A DNA stretch of 64,000 nucleotides from a virus (taxonomy: Duplodnaviria > Heunggongvirae > Uroviricota > Caudoviricetes), in IMG/VR virus record IMGVR_UViG_3300049219_000004, one strand, 5' to 3'. This document shows positions 45,478 to 52,391 of this stretch, one piece after another. A program made the translations under genes and the position numbers. The notes under the pieces are model-generated. The model saw only the letters and a list, made by a program, of their open reading frames with translations, made no database searches and had not been told where the DNA came from. How positions within the stretch are numbered: the first letter of the stretch is position 1; every line of letters begins with the position of its first letter.

Positions 45478-46477
45478 ACTTAATCCCCATCTTGTCTAGT
45501 ACCTTCCTGACATTAAATTCATCTCCTTCCCACCTACGCATAAAAGCAGCATGGGCGTAGAGTTGCCAGATGTCCAGCCACGTTTTATTCTCTTGCAGAG
45601 CATTATCCCATGCTCGATAGGTGATTGGTTGCGGATACCAAATCTTATACTGCTTAACAAGAGCTTCTAGAGCTTCCTTGTCGGTTTTACAATTTTTAAG
45701 TAGTTCGTAAGCTCCGATTTCACCAAACTTGACTTTAGCCAGTTCACAGGGTTTGTAGGCGTCTACAGGATCACCGAAGACCATTTGGTAGTACAGCCAT
45801 ACACGTCCTTTACCTTTGATACTCTTTTCAATCACCGGCTTACCTGCTGCTGTCTTACGCGCTGTCTCTTTCTCAATAAGCTCTAGCGCACCAAAGCCTT
45901 TAATCATCTCAGGCTTCTCCATCGTGTCCCAGTTGTACAAACGTCCGGGGCCGTGATTCGCATCCTTGTCAATCGACGCTTGGATGTGTCCTGCTGTCAT
46001 ATAAGCTACCAGTACGTCATCTGCTTCCACGCCTACGCTGGTTTCAGCAGCATGCGAGTTGAGAAGATAGTTCTTACAATCTTTCAACTGCAATGGACGC
46101 ATGGTGTCTTTGCGAGAATCCTTGTATCGAGTTGGAAGTGGAAGGTCAAGACGGAAATTATCGTCTCCGCTCACAACGATGTGGTAGCTCTCCACTTCAC
46201 ACGCCTTCGTAATATTCTGAATCATGTGATTCAAGATATGGAAGGCATTCTCAAGTGGGCCAGCCTTCTGTCCCGGCGTCACCTCATAATCGTCTTTTGT
46301 GTCACCAGCCCATTCACGAAACTTGGTTAACGTATCGAACTCTACTACTTCGGCTGTCTCTTTGTGCACACAGGATACGAAGCGTTTCTCATTTGCTGCT
46401 GATGCACGGTAACTGAGAATGTCACCGTCTATGCACACCAATTCAGGCAGTGCCATGAAGCGCTCCTTTCCCTGCAC
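45467..46477 (-). CDS. 5'-3' exonuclease/flap endonuclease (FEN/RNase H-like), putative
   Basis: 336 aa; N-terminal ..LVCIDGDILSYRA.. resembles the FEN lLIDG.nl..R motif, later ..LYYQMVFGDPVDAY.. resembles the H3TH L.GD.sD motif; acidic metal-site residues. Confidence 0.45.
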   Translation of the reverse strand: MQGKERFMALPELVCIDGDILSYRASAANEKRFVSCVHKETAEVVEFDTLTKFREWAGDTKDDYEVTPGQKAGPLENAFHILNHMIQNITKACEVESYHIVVSGDDNFRLDLPLPTRYKDSRKDTMRPLQLKDCKNYLLNSHAAETSVGVEADDVLVAYMTAGHIQASIDKDANHGPGRLYNWDTMEKPEMIKGFGALELIEKETARKTAAGKPVIEKSIKGKGRVWLYYQMVFGDPVDAYKPCELAKVKFGEIGAYELLKNCKTDKEALEALVKQYKIWYPQPITYRAWDNALQENKTWLDIWQLYAHAAFMRRWEGDEFNVRKVLDKMGIKYEE

Positions 46478-46652
46478 AGGTCATCTCGTAGCCTGCTTCG
46501 AATACCTCGCACAGAGACCTGTACATTGTCTCGCTAACAGGGAATGCTGTACATCCGTACTCTGCGTGTAGTCTTACGTAGTCGTCGTACCCGAAGTCGC
46601 GGCTCCACGCAGAACCCTCTGGTGTGCTCCAAATACTGTTAATTCTGGTCAT
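46443..46652 (-). CDS. hypothetical small protein (69 aa)
   Basis: ORF overlapping FEN-like start. Confidence 0.3.
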   Translation of the reverse strand: MTRINSIWSTPEGSAWSRDFGYDDYVRLHAEYGCTAFPVSETMYRSLCEVFEAGYEMTCAGKGALHGTA

Positions 46653-46666
46653 TCATCTCTCCATGT

Positions 46667-46697
46667 AAAAAGCCCCGCTCCCGTGAAGGAGCGGGGC
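46667..46697 (-). terminator. rho-independent terminator (minus strand)
   Basis: GCCCCGCTCC-CGTGAA-GGAGCGGGGC preceded on plus strand by AAAAA (U-run on minus). Confidence 0.55.
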
Positions 46698-46703
46698 ATA
46701 TTG

Positions 46704-47120
46704 TCAGGCGTTCAAGCCCTCACCATACTCTGTATGCCATGCTTTGTGATGCACGGAGCAGAGCCACATAACCGATAACGGTCTGCTATAGTCGGTGTGA
46801 TGTCCGTGAACGTCAACCGAACCGCACACTTCACATGGCAGCGGTACTAGCTTTCCATCTCGGATAGCGTTACCTACAGCTACATGCGCTGCACGCTTCT
46901 TAGGGTTCTGTTCTCGGTATCTGTGTTGGTCTTCCAGCGTTTGTCGATTACCCCGTTTAACGTCATAGGCTCTGTAGTACTCCACGTTAGACGCTCGATT
47001 ATCTCTTACGTCTTTCTTGTTGCACTCCTTGCACTTATTTACATGGCCGTCAGCCATCTTGGAGTGTTTGTAGAACTCTGAAAGTTCTTTGTCCACTCCA
47101 CATTTAAAACAACGCTTCAT
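46704..47120 (-). CDS. HNH endonuclease
   Basis: 138 aa; ..CEVCGSVDVHGHHTDYSRPLSVMWLCSVHHKAWH.. HNH core, N-terminal CxxC..CxxC zinc knuckle. Confidence 0.7.
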   Translation of the reverse strand: MKRCFKCGVDKELSEFYKHSKMADGHVNKCKECNKKDVRDNRASNVEYYRAYDVKRGNRQTLEDQHRYREQNPKKRAAHVAVGNAIRDGKLVPLPCEVCGSVDVHGHHTDYSRPLSVMWLCSVHHKAWHTEYGEGLNA

Positions 47121-47186
47121 ACTTATCTCTTAATAACGAGCGGGAGTTTCACCCGCCCGAGGTTTTTATTGTGGTTTGCCTACCAC

Positions 47187-48167
47187 TTAATTAAAAGGTA
47201 TGTCGTCGTCCATGTCGCTCATGTCAGGAGCAACTGGCTTCTTCGGAGTTGCAGGTTTGGCTTTTGGCTTAGCTGCTGGCTTGGCAGGTGCGTCTTCTGC
47301 TTCATCCTTGTTACCCCCGTTTTCAGCTTCATAAGCTTCAATAGCTTTTTGCATCGCACTGCCGGCATAGTTATTTGCCAGCTTGATCTTCTTGATGAAG
47401 TCACGACGAATCCACTTGATGTCTTCCTTAGTAGCGTTGTCGAAGGTGATGCACTTCGCTTCAGTTTTCAGAGGACGAACAACAGGCATAGCTTCGATTG
47501 GATTACCATCTTCGTCATCTTCACCTGTAGCTACTGGAGCCAGAGGTTGCATACCTTTTACGTTGACGTTCTTGTAGATGATATCGTTGCCATCTTTGTC
47601 TTGCTTGCCAGAGTTGGTTTCTTTCACTTCAACAGTGATGTTGAAAGCCATGTCCAGCAGTTGCTCGATGTCAGTGTTCTCGGCTACGCCCAGATCATTC
47701 AGGCCACAAGCAGTTGCCAGCTTCTTCAGAGTGTTCTGAGGATGGAATGTCCATGGCTTACCTTCCAGCAGTTTGCCTTTGGCATCTTTCGGAGGAACCT
47801 GACCGAAATTGATACCTTCGATTTCACCTTTGAAGCCTTTGTTCAGTGGCAGACGGTATGGTTGCTTACCGATGTCACCACCGTAGTCAACGATATTCGA
47901 TACCAGATCAACAAACACTGCTACTTGGTCTGCTGGCTTTTGAGACTTAGCTTCAGCGCCCGGAGTGTCTTCATTTACCAGTTTACCGTCCAATTCGTAG
48001 ATGTCTTTACGATTTTGGTTGCCCAGATCAACGATCAGGGAAACACGTGCAGGACGCACTTGAGTAGCTACACCGCTCTCGCCAGTAGCGAAGGGAACTG
48101 GGAAATTGCGAGGTTCGAAATTACCACCGTTACCGCCGCCACCACTATTTTTTGCTTTGAATGCCAT
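47187..48167 (-). CDS. ssb: single-stranded DNA-binding protein (acidic C-terminal DDDIPF tail)
   Basis: 326 aa; Gly-rich N-terminal region, OB-fold-like core, Lys/Pro/Ala-rich linker and C-terminal DMDDDIPFN matching the bacterial/phage SSB protein-interaction tail. Confidence 0.6.
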   Translation of the reverse strand: MAFKAKNSGGGGNGGNFEPRNFPVPFATGESGVATQVRPARVSLIVDLGNQNRKDIYELDGKLVNEDTPGAEAKSQKPADQVAVFVDLVSNIVDYGGDIGKQPYRLPLNKGFKGEIEGINFGQVPPKDAKGKLLEGKPWTFHPQNTLKKLATACGLNDLGVAENTDIEQLLDMAFNITVEVKETNSGKQDKDGNDIIYKNVNVKGMQPLAPVATGEDDEDGNPIEAMPVVRPLKTEAKCITFDNATKEDIKWIRRDFIKKIKLANNYAGSAMQKAIEAYEAENGGNKDEAEDAPAKPAAKPKAKPATPKKPVAPDMSDMDDDIPFN

Positions 48168-48258
48168 CTTGTTTCCTTATTTAAATTCGTAGCCTTTCGG
48201 TCGTACGCCATTGCCGTTTTGTTTTAAGACACTTACGGCATTTCGTCCATGTAAGACA

Positions 48259-48543
48259 TTAAATCAGATGAAGAAGCCAGCCCACCGTGAGGTAAATAAC
48301 AAATACACAGAAAGTAATACCATTGTTCAGCAGTACTTCTTTATTTGTGTTGAGCGATTTACGTTCAATTCGGATATCTGCATTAGCAATGTTCACTAAC
48401 AGCATCAAAATGATGGCCTGAACAACACTGATGTCATTTACGCCTAAGCTCGGTGCAGCATGCCAATTGAACAGCAAGGACAGTGTAAGACCTTGGAACA
48501 GCGTAATTGCAATACCAAGTACAAGGTTTAGAACTAAAAACAT
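48259..48543 (-). CDS. small membrane protein (94 aa, multiple TM helices)
   Basis: Highly hydrophobic ORF. Confidence 0.4.
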   Translation of the reverse strand: MFLVLNLVLGIAITLFQGLTLSLLFNWHAAPSLGVNDISVVQAIILMLLVNIANADIRIERKSLNTNKEVLLNNGITFCVFVIYLTVGWLLHLI

Positions 48544-48561
48544 ATTTCTCCTTCAATTTAA

Positions 48562-48641
48562 TGGAGCGTCTGGAGGGATTCGAACCCACATTGACTCCGG
48601 TTACGATGCTCTGGTGTAGAAGACCAGTTCGGTACAGACGC
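48562..48641 (-). other. tRNA-like element (possible aberrant tRNA-Arg TCT or tRNA 3'-half remnant)
   Basis: Minus-sense GCGTCTG..[CTGGT-CTTCTAC-ACCAG]..GTGGG-TTCGAAT-CCCTC-CAGACGC-T-CCA: perfect 7-bp acceptor, T-arm with TTCGAAT loop, CCA, candidate anticodon hairpin, but no D-arm and a 20-nt extra region. Confidence 0.35.
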
Positions 48642-48649
48642 GTTGTGGG

Positions 48650-48808
48650 TTATCGACCTTTAAGTGCTCGGTCTTTGGCGGTCTTGCCCGGACGATTCAC
48701 TGGGTTCAGTTTTGCTTCTTTCAGCAGACGACGGCAATTCTCGTGAGTGCGAGGAGCATTGCCCATTGCAACAGATTGTGCGTAGTTCATAAAGTCAGCT
48801 CGTTTCAT
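48650..48808 (-). CDS. small basic protein (52 aa; track ORF trimmed to Met with SD)
   Basis: Internal ATG at 48808 preceded by conserved leader CACTTACCAACACAAAGGAGAAAT; upstream ATG at 48874 lacks SD. Confidence 0.35.
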   Translation of the reverse strand: MKRADFMNYAQSVAMGNAPRTHENCRRLLKEAKLNPVNRPGKTAKDRALKGR

Positions 48809-48911
48809 ATTTCTCCTTTGTGTTGGTAAGTGTTTTGAGGATTTCGAATCCTCATTTAACAGAAGACGATACATAGCACCTTCCTATCAAACATAAAGCC
48901 CCATCCTTGGC

Positions 48912-49075
48912 TATTAAAACTTTTAGTGGAAGATTGAAGAAACGTTTAGCTACAAGCACCTCGTTAGAGGTGTCAATCTTTAGAAGTTTTAGCTTTAAAC
49001 TGTGTACCCCTATGGGTCGCCAGTTTCAACCTTTAAACTTTCACGGACAATCTTTAAACTACAACCTTCAGATTT
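48912..49075. repeat. iteron-like direct repeats (CTTTAAAC / TTTAGA variants) in 350-bp non-coding region; candidate origin or regulatory region
   Basis: CTTTAAAC at 48993-49000, 49031-49038, 49052-49059; related TCTTTAGAAGTTTTAG at 48976-48990 and AACTTTTAGTGG near 48912; flanked by hairpins. Confidence 0.4.
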
Positions 49076-49226
49076 TATAAGCGTTCTCACGCATCATAGA
49101 TTAATAGTCTATTGCTTTCCATAAGCTAGTTGGCTGGCCCGTTTTCCGTCTTGGGCCATACGACGGGATAGATTCTTGTTTTACTATGTACATCCTCTGT
49201 TAAATGAGGACTCGATTCCTACATGA

Positions 49227-49841
49227 TTAAACCGTTGCTACGTCTACCTTAGTAGTGGCATTAGCTTCAGACAGCACGTAGTCCACCTCAACGTTGAACT
49301 GTTCCAAATCAGAAGCCATCTTGTCGATTTTTGCTTTCATACCATCGAACACTAAAACTTCTTGCTTGGTGTTGCGCTCAGCCATCGCACGGAAGACTTC
49401 AATTTCTGCGTCAGTGGCCTTCTTGGTTCCAGCAGAAGCAGTTGTAACTTGCTGGGCAATCTTTTGGTCAATCTGAGCTTGGATTTGATCCACACGGGCC
49501 TTGCCGTTTTGCATTTGAGCACGCAGGGTGTTCAGGAAGGACAGTTGGAAAACATTGGCAGATTTCTTAGCCAGTGCTTGGTCAATTGTCATCTTAACTC
49601 CGGCGATGGTAATTTCGGTGGTAGCATTTGCCTTGTTCCGTGCAGCTTTCAGTACCGCCAGATTGGTAAGCTGTGCTGCTACCTTATCGAAATTAGCCTG
49701 CGACAGGCGCTTACCTTCTTCCACTCCTGCCGAATCGTCCACTGGAGCGGTATACACGAAGGTTTCTCGTGGAATGTTTTGCAACTTCTCTTCTGCTGCT
49801 TTAATCTCCGCAATGATTCGATGTAGCGACATATTTTTCAT
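49227..49841 (-). CDS. hypothetical protein (204 aa, Ala/Lys/Gln-rich helical)
   Basis: Start preceded by GTACCAACCAACTTAAATTTTAGGAG leader and upstream promoter. Confidence 0.5.
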   Translation of the reverse strand: MKNMSLHRIIAEIKAAEEKLQNIPRETFVYTAPVDDSAGVEEGKRLSQANFDKVAAQLTNLAVLKAARNKANATTEITIAGVKMTIDQALAKKSANVFQLSFLNTLRAQMQNGKARVDQIQAQIDQKIAQQVTTASAGTKKATDAEIEVFRAMAERNTKQEVLVFDGMKAKIDKMASDLEQFNVEVDYVLSEANATTKVDVATV

Positions 49842-49889
49842 AATTGTTTTCTCCTAAAATTTAAGTTGGTTGGTACTCTTAGAAACGCT

Positions 49890-49918
49890 ATATTACACTA
49901 AGTAGTATTACTTGTCAA
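49890..49918 (-). promoter_or_regulatory. sigma70-like promoter, minus strand (TTGACA-17-TAATAT)
   Basis: Minus-sense TTGACA (plus 49913-49918), TAATAT (plus 49890-49895). Confidence 0.5.
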
Positions 49919-50180
49919 GCGTTGGAACATACACAGTGTTGTAGGTCTCAAAGCTGCCATCAATGTTCACCTTAACTACAGGCGTGGTGAACGTGATACG
50001 TCCGTTGAGATATACAGCAGGATGATCTACAGGTAGGACAGCGATACTATGTCCAATCTTATAGTTTTCACCTTTCACCGGCGTGAAGTGTACCACCGGC
50101 TTAGGATTTGTACGTTCTGCTTGCTGCTTGGCGATGTAGGCAAAATAGTCTGCCTTACACGCAAATTTACTCATACTCAT
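49908..50180 (-). CDS. hypothetical protein (90 aa)
   Basis: ORF with SD AAAGGAGCTAATCATG. Confidence 0.4.
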   Translation of the reverse strand: MSMSKFACKADYFAYIAKQQAERTNPKPVVHFTPVKGENYKIGHSIAVLPVDHPAVYLNGRITFTTPVVKVNIDGSFETYNTVYVPTLDK

Positions 50181-50192
50181 GATTAGCTCCTT

Positions 50193-50582
50193 TTAAAGAA
50201 TGTCGAACTCCCTTCCAATTGAAGCTTCCAGTCGTTCGTAAAATTTAGTTTGTGCTACTAACTCTCGTGCATTATACCTGCTGTATCCGTTGTTGTAAAG
50301 CCAGTTAAGCAGTCTTACAGCATTTATTTTATACGTATTGCTACGTACAGTTTTTTCTACTAGGTGCCCCTTGGGGAACCCTTCCCTAAACTTTACGAAG
50401 TAGGGGAAGTCTATCAGGACATACTCTGGGCCATCAGACCTCCCTTGCATAGCAAGGGAGCTGTTTCTGTTTCGCATCACTACTTCGCTAGCAGCGACTA
50501 CCATCCGTTGGTAGTCGCTCTTTCGTGCTGGCCGAGTAGCTTTAAGCATTTCTCTCGTCGGCCTGTGTCTCATCGAGTCCAA
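50193..50582 (-). CDS. hypothetical basic protein (129 aa; start uncertain)
   Basis: ORF; alternative internal start MLKATRPARK with weak SD. Confidence 0.4.
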   Translation of the reverse strand: MDSMRHRPTREMLKATRPARKSDYQRMVVAASEVVMRNRNSSLAMQGRSDGPEYVLIDFPYFVKFREGFPKGHLVEKTVRSNTYKINAVRLLNWLYNNGYSRYNARELVAQTKFYERLEASIGREFDIL

Positions 50583-50776
50583 ATTTCACAGATGCCTACC
50601 ATCAAGAAAATCGCAACGGAAACAGTAGACATGCAAAGCCCACCGATCATTGTTTTGTGAGACATATGCGAAGTTCTAAAATCGAAGAGCAAGGCGTTCG
50701 CAAGCATGCTAATAAGGGCCAGTGGAAGTCCGCTCAGTAGTAAAGTACCGCTGACCTTCATAAGGAACTCTACCAT
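50570..50776 (-). CDS. small membrane protein (68 aa), possible NfeD-like partner of SPFH protein
   Basis: Two hydrophobic helices; start overlaps SPFH gene stop (ATGA). Confidence 0.4.
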   Translation of the reverse strand: MVEFLMKVSGTLLLSGLPLALISMLANALLFDFRTSHMSHKTMIGGLCMSTVSVAIFLMVGICEIWTR

Positions 50777-50777
50777 A

Positions 50778-51569
50778 TTATTTCCCTGCGTTCACGATAC
50801 CTTTGAAGTCGTAAGGAACGACGATGGTCTGAACCTTACCTTCCGCGATGCCTTCAGCAATCTTCATTTGAGCCTGAGCATTCATGTAGCTGATGGCACC
50901 TGCATTGGCGTTCAGGGCAGCGATACGTTCAGCTTCTTTCTTCGCAGTGCTCACTTGTACTTCTTTAGCTGCCAGCTCGGCTTTAGCCTGTACCAGTTGG
51001 TTAGCAGCATTGCTTACAGCAGCAGATGGAGCAATACTCTTCACTTGCACTTGAGATACGAGCAGGGAACCATCCAGCTTCTCACCTTTCAAAGTTTCCC
51101 TGATTTGGTCAAGAAGTTTCGCTTCAATTTCGGTACGAGAATCATTCATCTGAAGCGAAGGGTACTCCCGTGCCACTTTAAATACAGCATTACGTACAGT
51201 GGTTTGAAGGTACGAGTGCATCAGATAAGTAGTACCATCATCTGCCGAAGCGTGGAAGCTGTGGCTCTTATTGGTGTACAGATCAGAGACGCTGCTAGGG
51301 CTGATGTTGTACACCACCGTTACATCGAAGTCGGACATGGTGCTGTTGTCCGCTGCCAGTGGACTCAGGTTTTGTACGTCTACAGAAATCTCTCGTACTG
51401 GAAACTTCAGGATGTCACCTACAATCGTTTGATTGAAGGAACCAGCTACACGTTCCGTAGCTTCTACAGTTTTATCGAAGTTAACACGAAGGCCAACCTC
51501 GCCGGTGTTGATGCGGGTACAGCCGGTGAAAGCGATGGCAAATGCCAGTGCTGCAAAAATTTTCTTCAT
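50778..51569 (-). CDS. SPFH/band-7 (prohibitin-like) domain lipoprotein
   Basis: 263 aa; lipobox AFTGC, then ..GEVGLRVNFDKTVEATERVAGSFNQTIVGDILKFPVREISVDV.. SPFH core and C-terminal coiled coil. Confidence 0.65.
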   Translation of the reverse strand: MKKIFAALAFAIAFTGCTRINTGEVGLRVNFDKTVEATERVAGSFNQTIVGDILKFPVREISVDVQNLSPLAADNSTMSDFDVTVVYNISPSSVSDLYTNKSHSFHASADDGTTYLMHSYLQTTVRNAVFKVAREYPSLQMNDSRTEIEAKLLDQIRETLKGEKLDGSLLVSQVQVKSIAPSAAVSNAANQLVQAKAELAAKEVQVSTAKKEAERIAALNANAGAISYMNAQAQMKIAEGIAEGKVQTIVVPYDFKGIVNAGK

Positions 51570-51601
51570 TTATTTCTCCTTATGTTGGTTAGTGAGGTAG
51601 T

Positions 51602-51630
51602 ATTATCTACCTTTTTCGTCGTAGTGTCAA
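51602..51630 (-). promoter_or_regulatory. sigma70-like promoter, minus strand (TTGACA-17-GATAAT)
   Basis: Minus-sense TTGACA (plus 51625-51630), GATAAT (plus 51602-51607), upstream of SPFH gene SD. Confidence 0.45.
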
Positions 51631-51911
51631 GCGTTTTCTGCGAACATTTTATCCTGTAGCTGCGACATTACACGCAGCTCTAGCTGAGTGAAATCTGCAT
51701 TAATTAGGCACTTAGCTACAGGATCACGAACACGTTCCATATTTTTCACCAATACGTTGGTAACGTAGTTCTGCATCATGTCTCGTTGACGTTTTTCGAA
51801 GGCATCCAGTTCTTCCAATTCCTTCTTACGTACTTCTACATCTGCGTCAATATGACGGAAAGCTGCTTCTTGACGTTGTTCGAAGGTGCCACGATTCTTT
51901 GCTTGGCCCAT
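51627..51911 (-). CDS. hypothetical protein (94 aa, charged/helical)
   Basis: ORF with SD (GGGATAAACATG). Confidence 0.4.
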   Translation of the reverse strand: MGQAKNRGTFEQRQEAAFRHIDADVEVRKKELEELDAFEKRQRDMMQNYVTNVLVKNMERVRDPVAKCLINADFTQLELRVMSQLQDKMFAENA

Positions 51912-51986
51912 GTTTATCCCTCAACCATCAGCATAACCATGCTGACAGCGAAAACGATTCCAATGAAATACCACATTATTTGCTCC

Positions 51987-52151
51987 TTACTTGGTAGACT
52001 GTTGCACATTTTTAACAACTTTCTCCAGTGCCGTAGCAGTGTAAGGTTGCTTAGTATCCATCAGGCTACCGCCCAGCGTCACAACGTCTGCTACCAGAGC
52101 CACAGGGGTTTCAACAACCAGACCTACAGCCGCTTTCAAAATTCCAAACAT
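51987..52151 (-). CDS. small hydrophobic protein (54 aa), not in supplied ORF track
   Basis: ATG at 52151 preceded by ACAACTAAAGGAGAAGAAA and a consensus promoter ~30 nt upstream; product MFGILKAAVGLVVETPVALVADVVTLGGSLMDTKQPYTATALEKVVKNVQQSTK. Confidence 0.3.
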   Translation of the reverse strand: MFGILKAAVGLVVETPVALVADVVTLGGSLMDTKQPYTATALEKVVKNVQQSTK

Positions 52152-52183
52152 TTTCTTCTCCTTTAGTTGTTACGACAAGTAGG

Positions 52184-52212
52184 ATAATAAACACTATCTA
52201 CCTACTTGTCAA
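52184..52212 (-). promoter_or_regulatory. near-consensus sigma70 promoter, minus strand (TTGACA-17-TATTAT)
   Basis: Minus-sense TTGACA (plus 52207-52212), spacer AGTAGGTAGATAGTGTT, TATTAT (plus 52184-52189). Confidence 0.55.
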
Positions 52213-52391
52213 CACTTATTTATGCTTGACTCTCGCCTTCAGCGTCATCGAAGCCATCTTCCCATTCAGAGTGTTCTGGTGAACCCTCCTGATAAGGGTT
52301 CTCGTCACGTTCCCAACCTTCACGAAACGCCTTCTTACCCTCGTAATACTCCTCTGCTACAAACATCAATCCTCCTTTAATGTTGTTTTTG

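Noticed and set aside
47169-48227. 352-aa plus-strand ORF antisense to the SSB gene
   Set aside because: Phe/Leu/Val-rich product typical of antisense translation of an acidic/Gly-rich gene; no SD or promoter. The SSB reading (DDDIPF tail) is far more convincing.
50706-51659. 317-aa plus-strand ORF antisense to the SPFH lipoprotein gene
   Set aside because: No SD; lipobox plus SPFH core on the minus strand is coherent.
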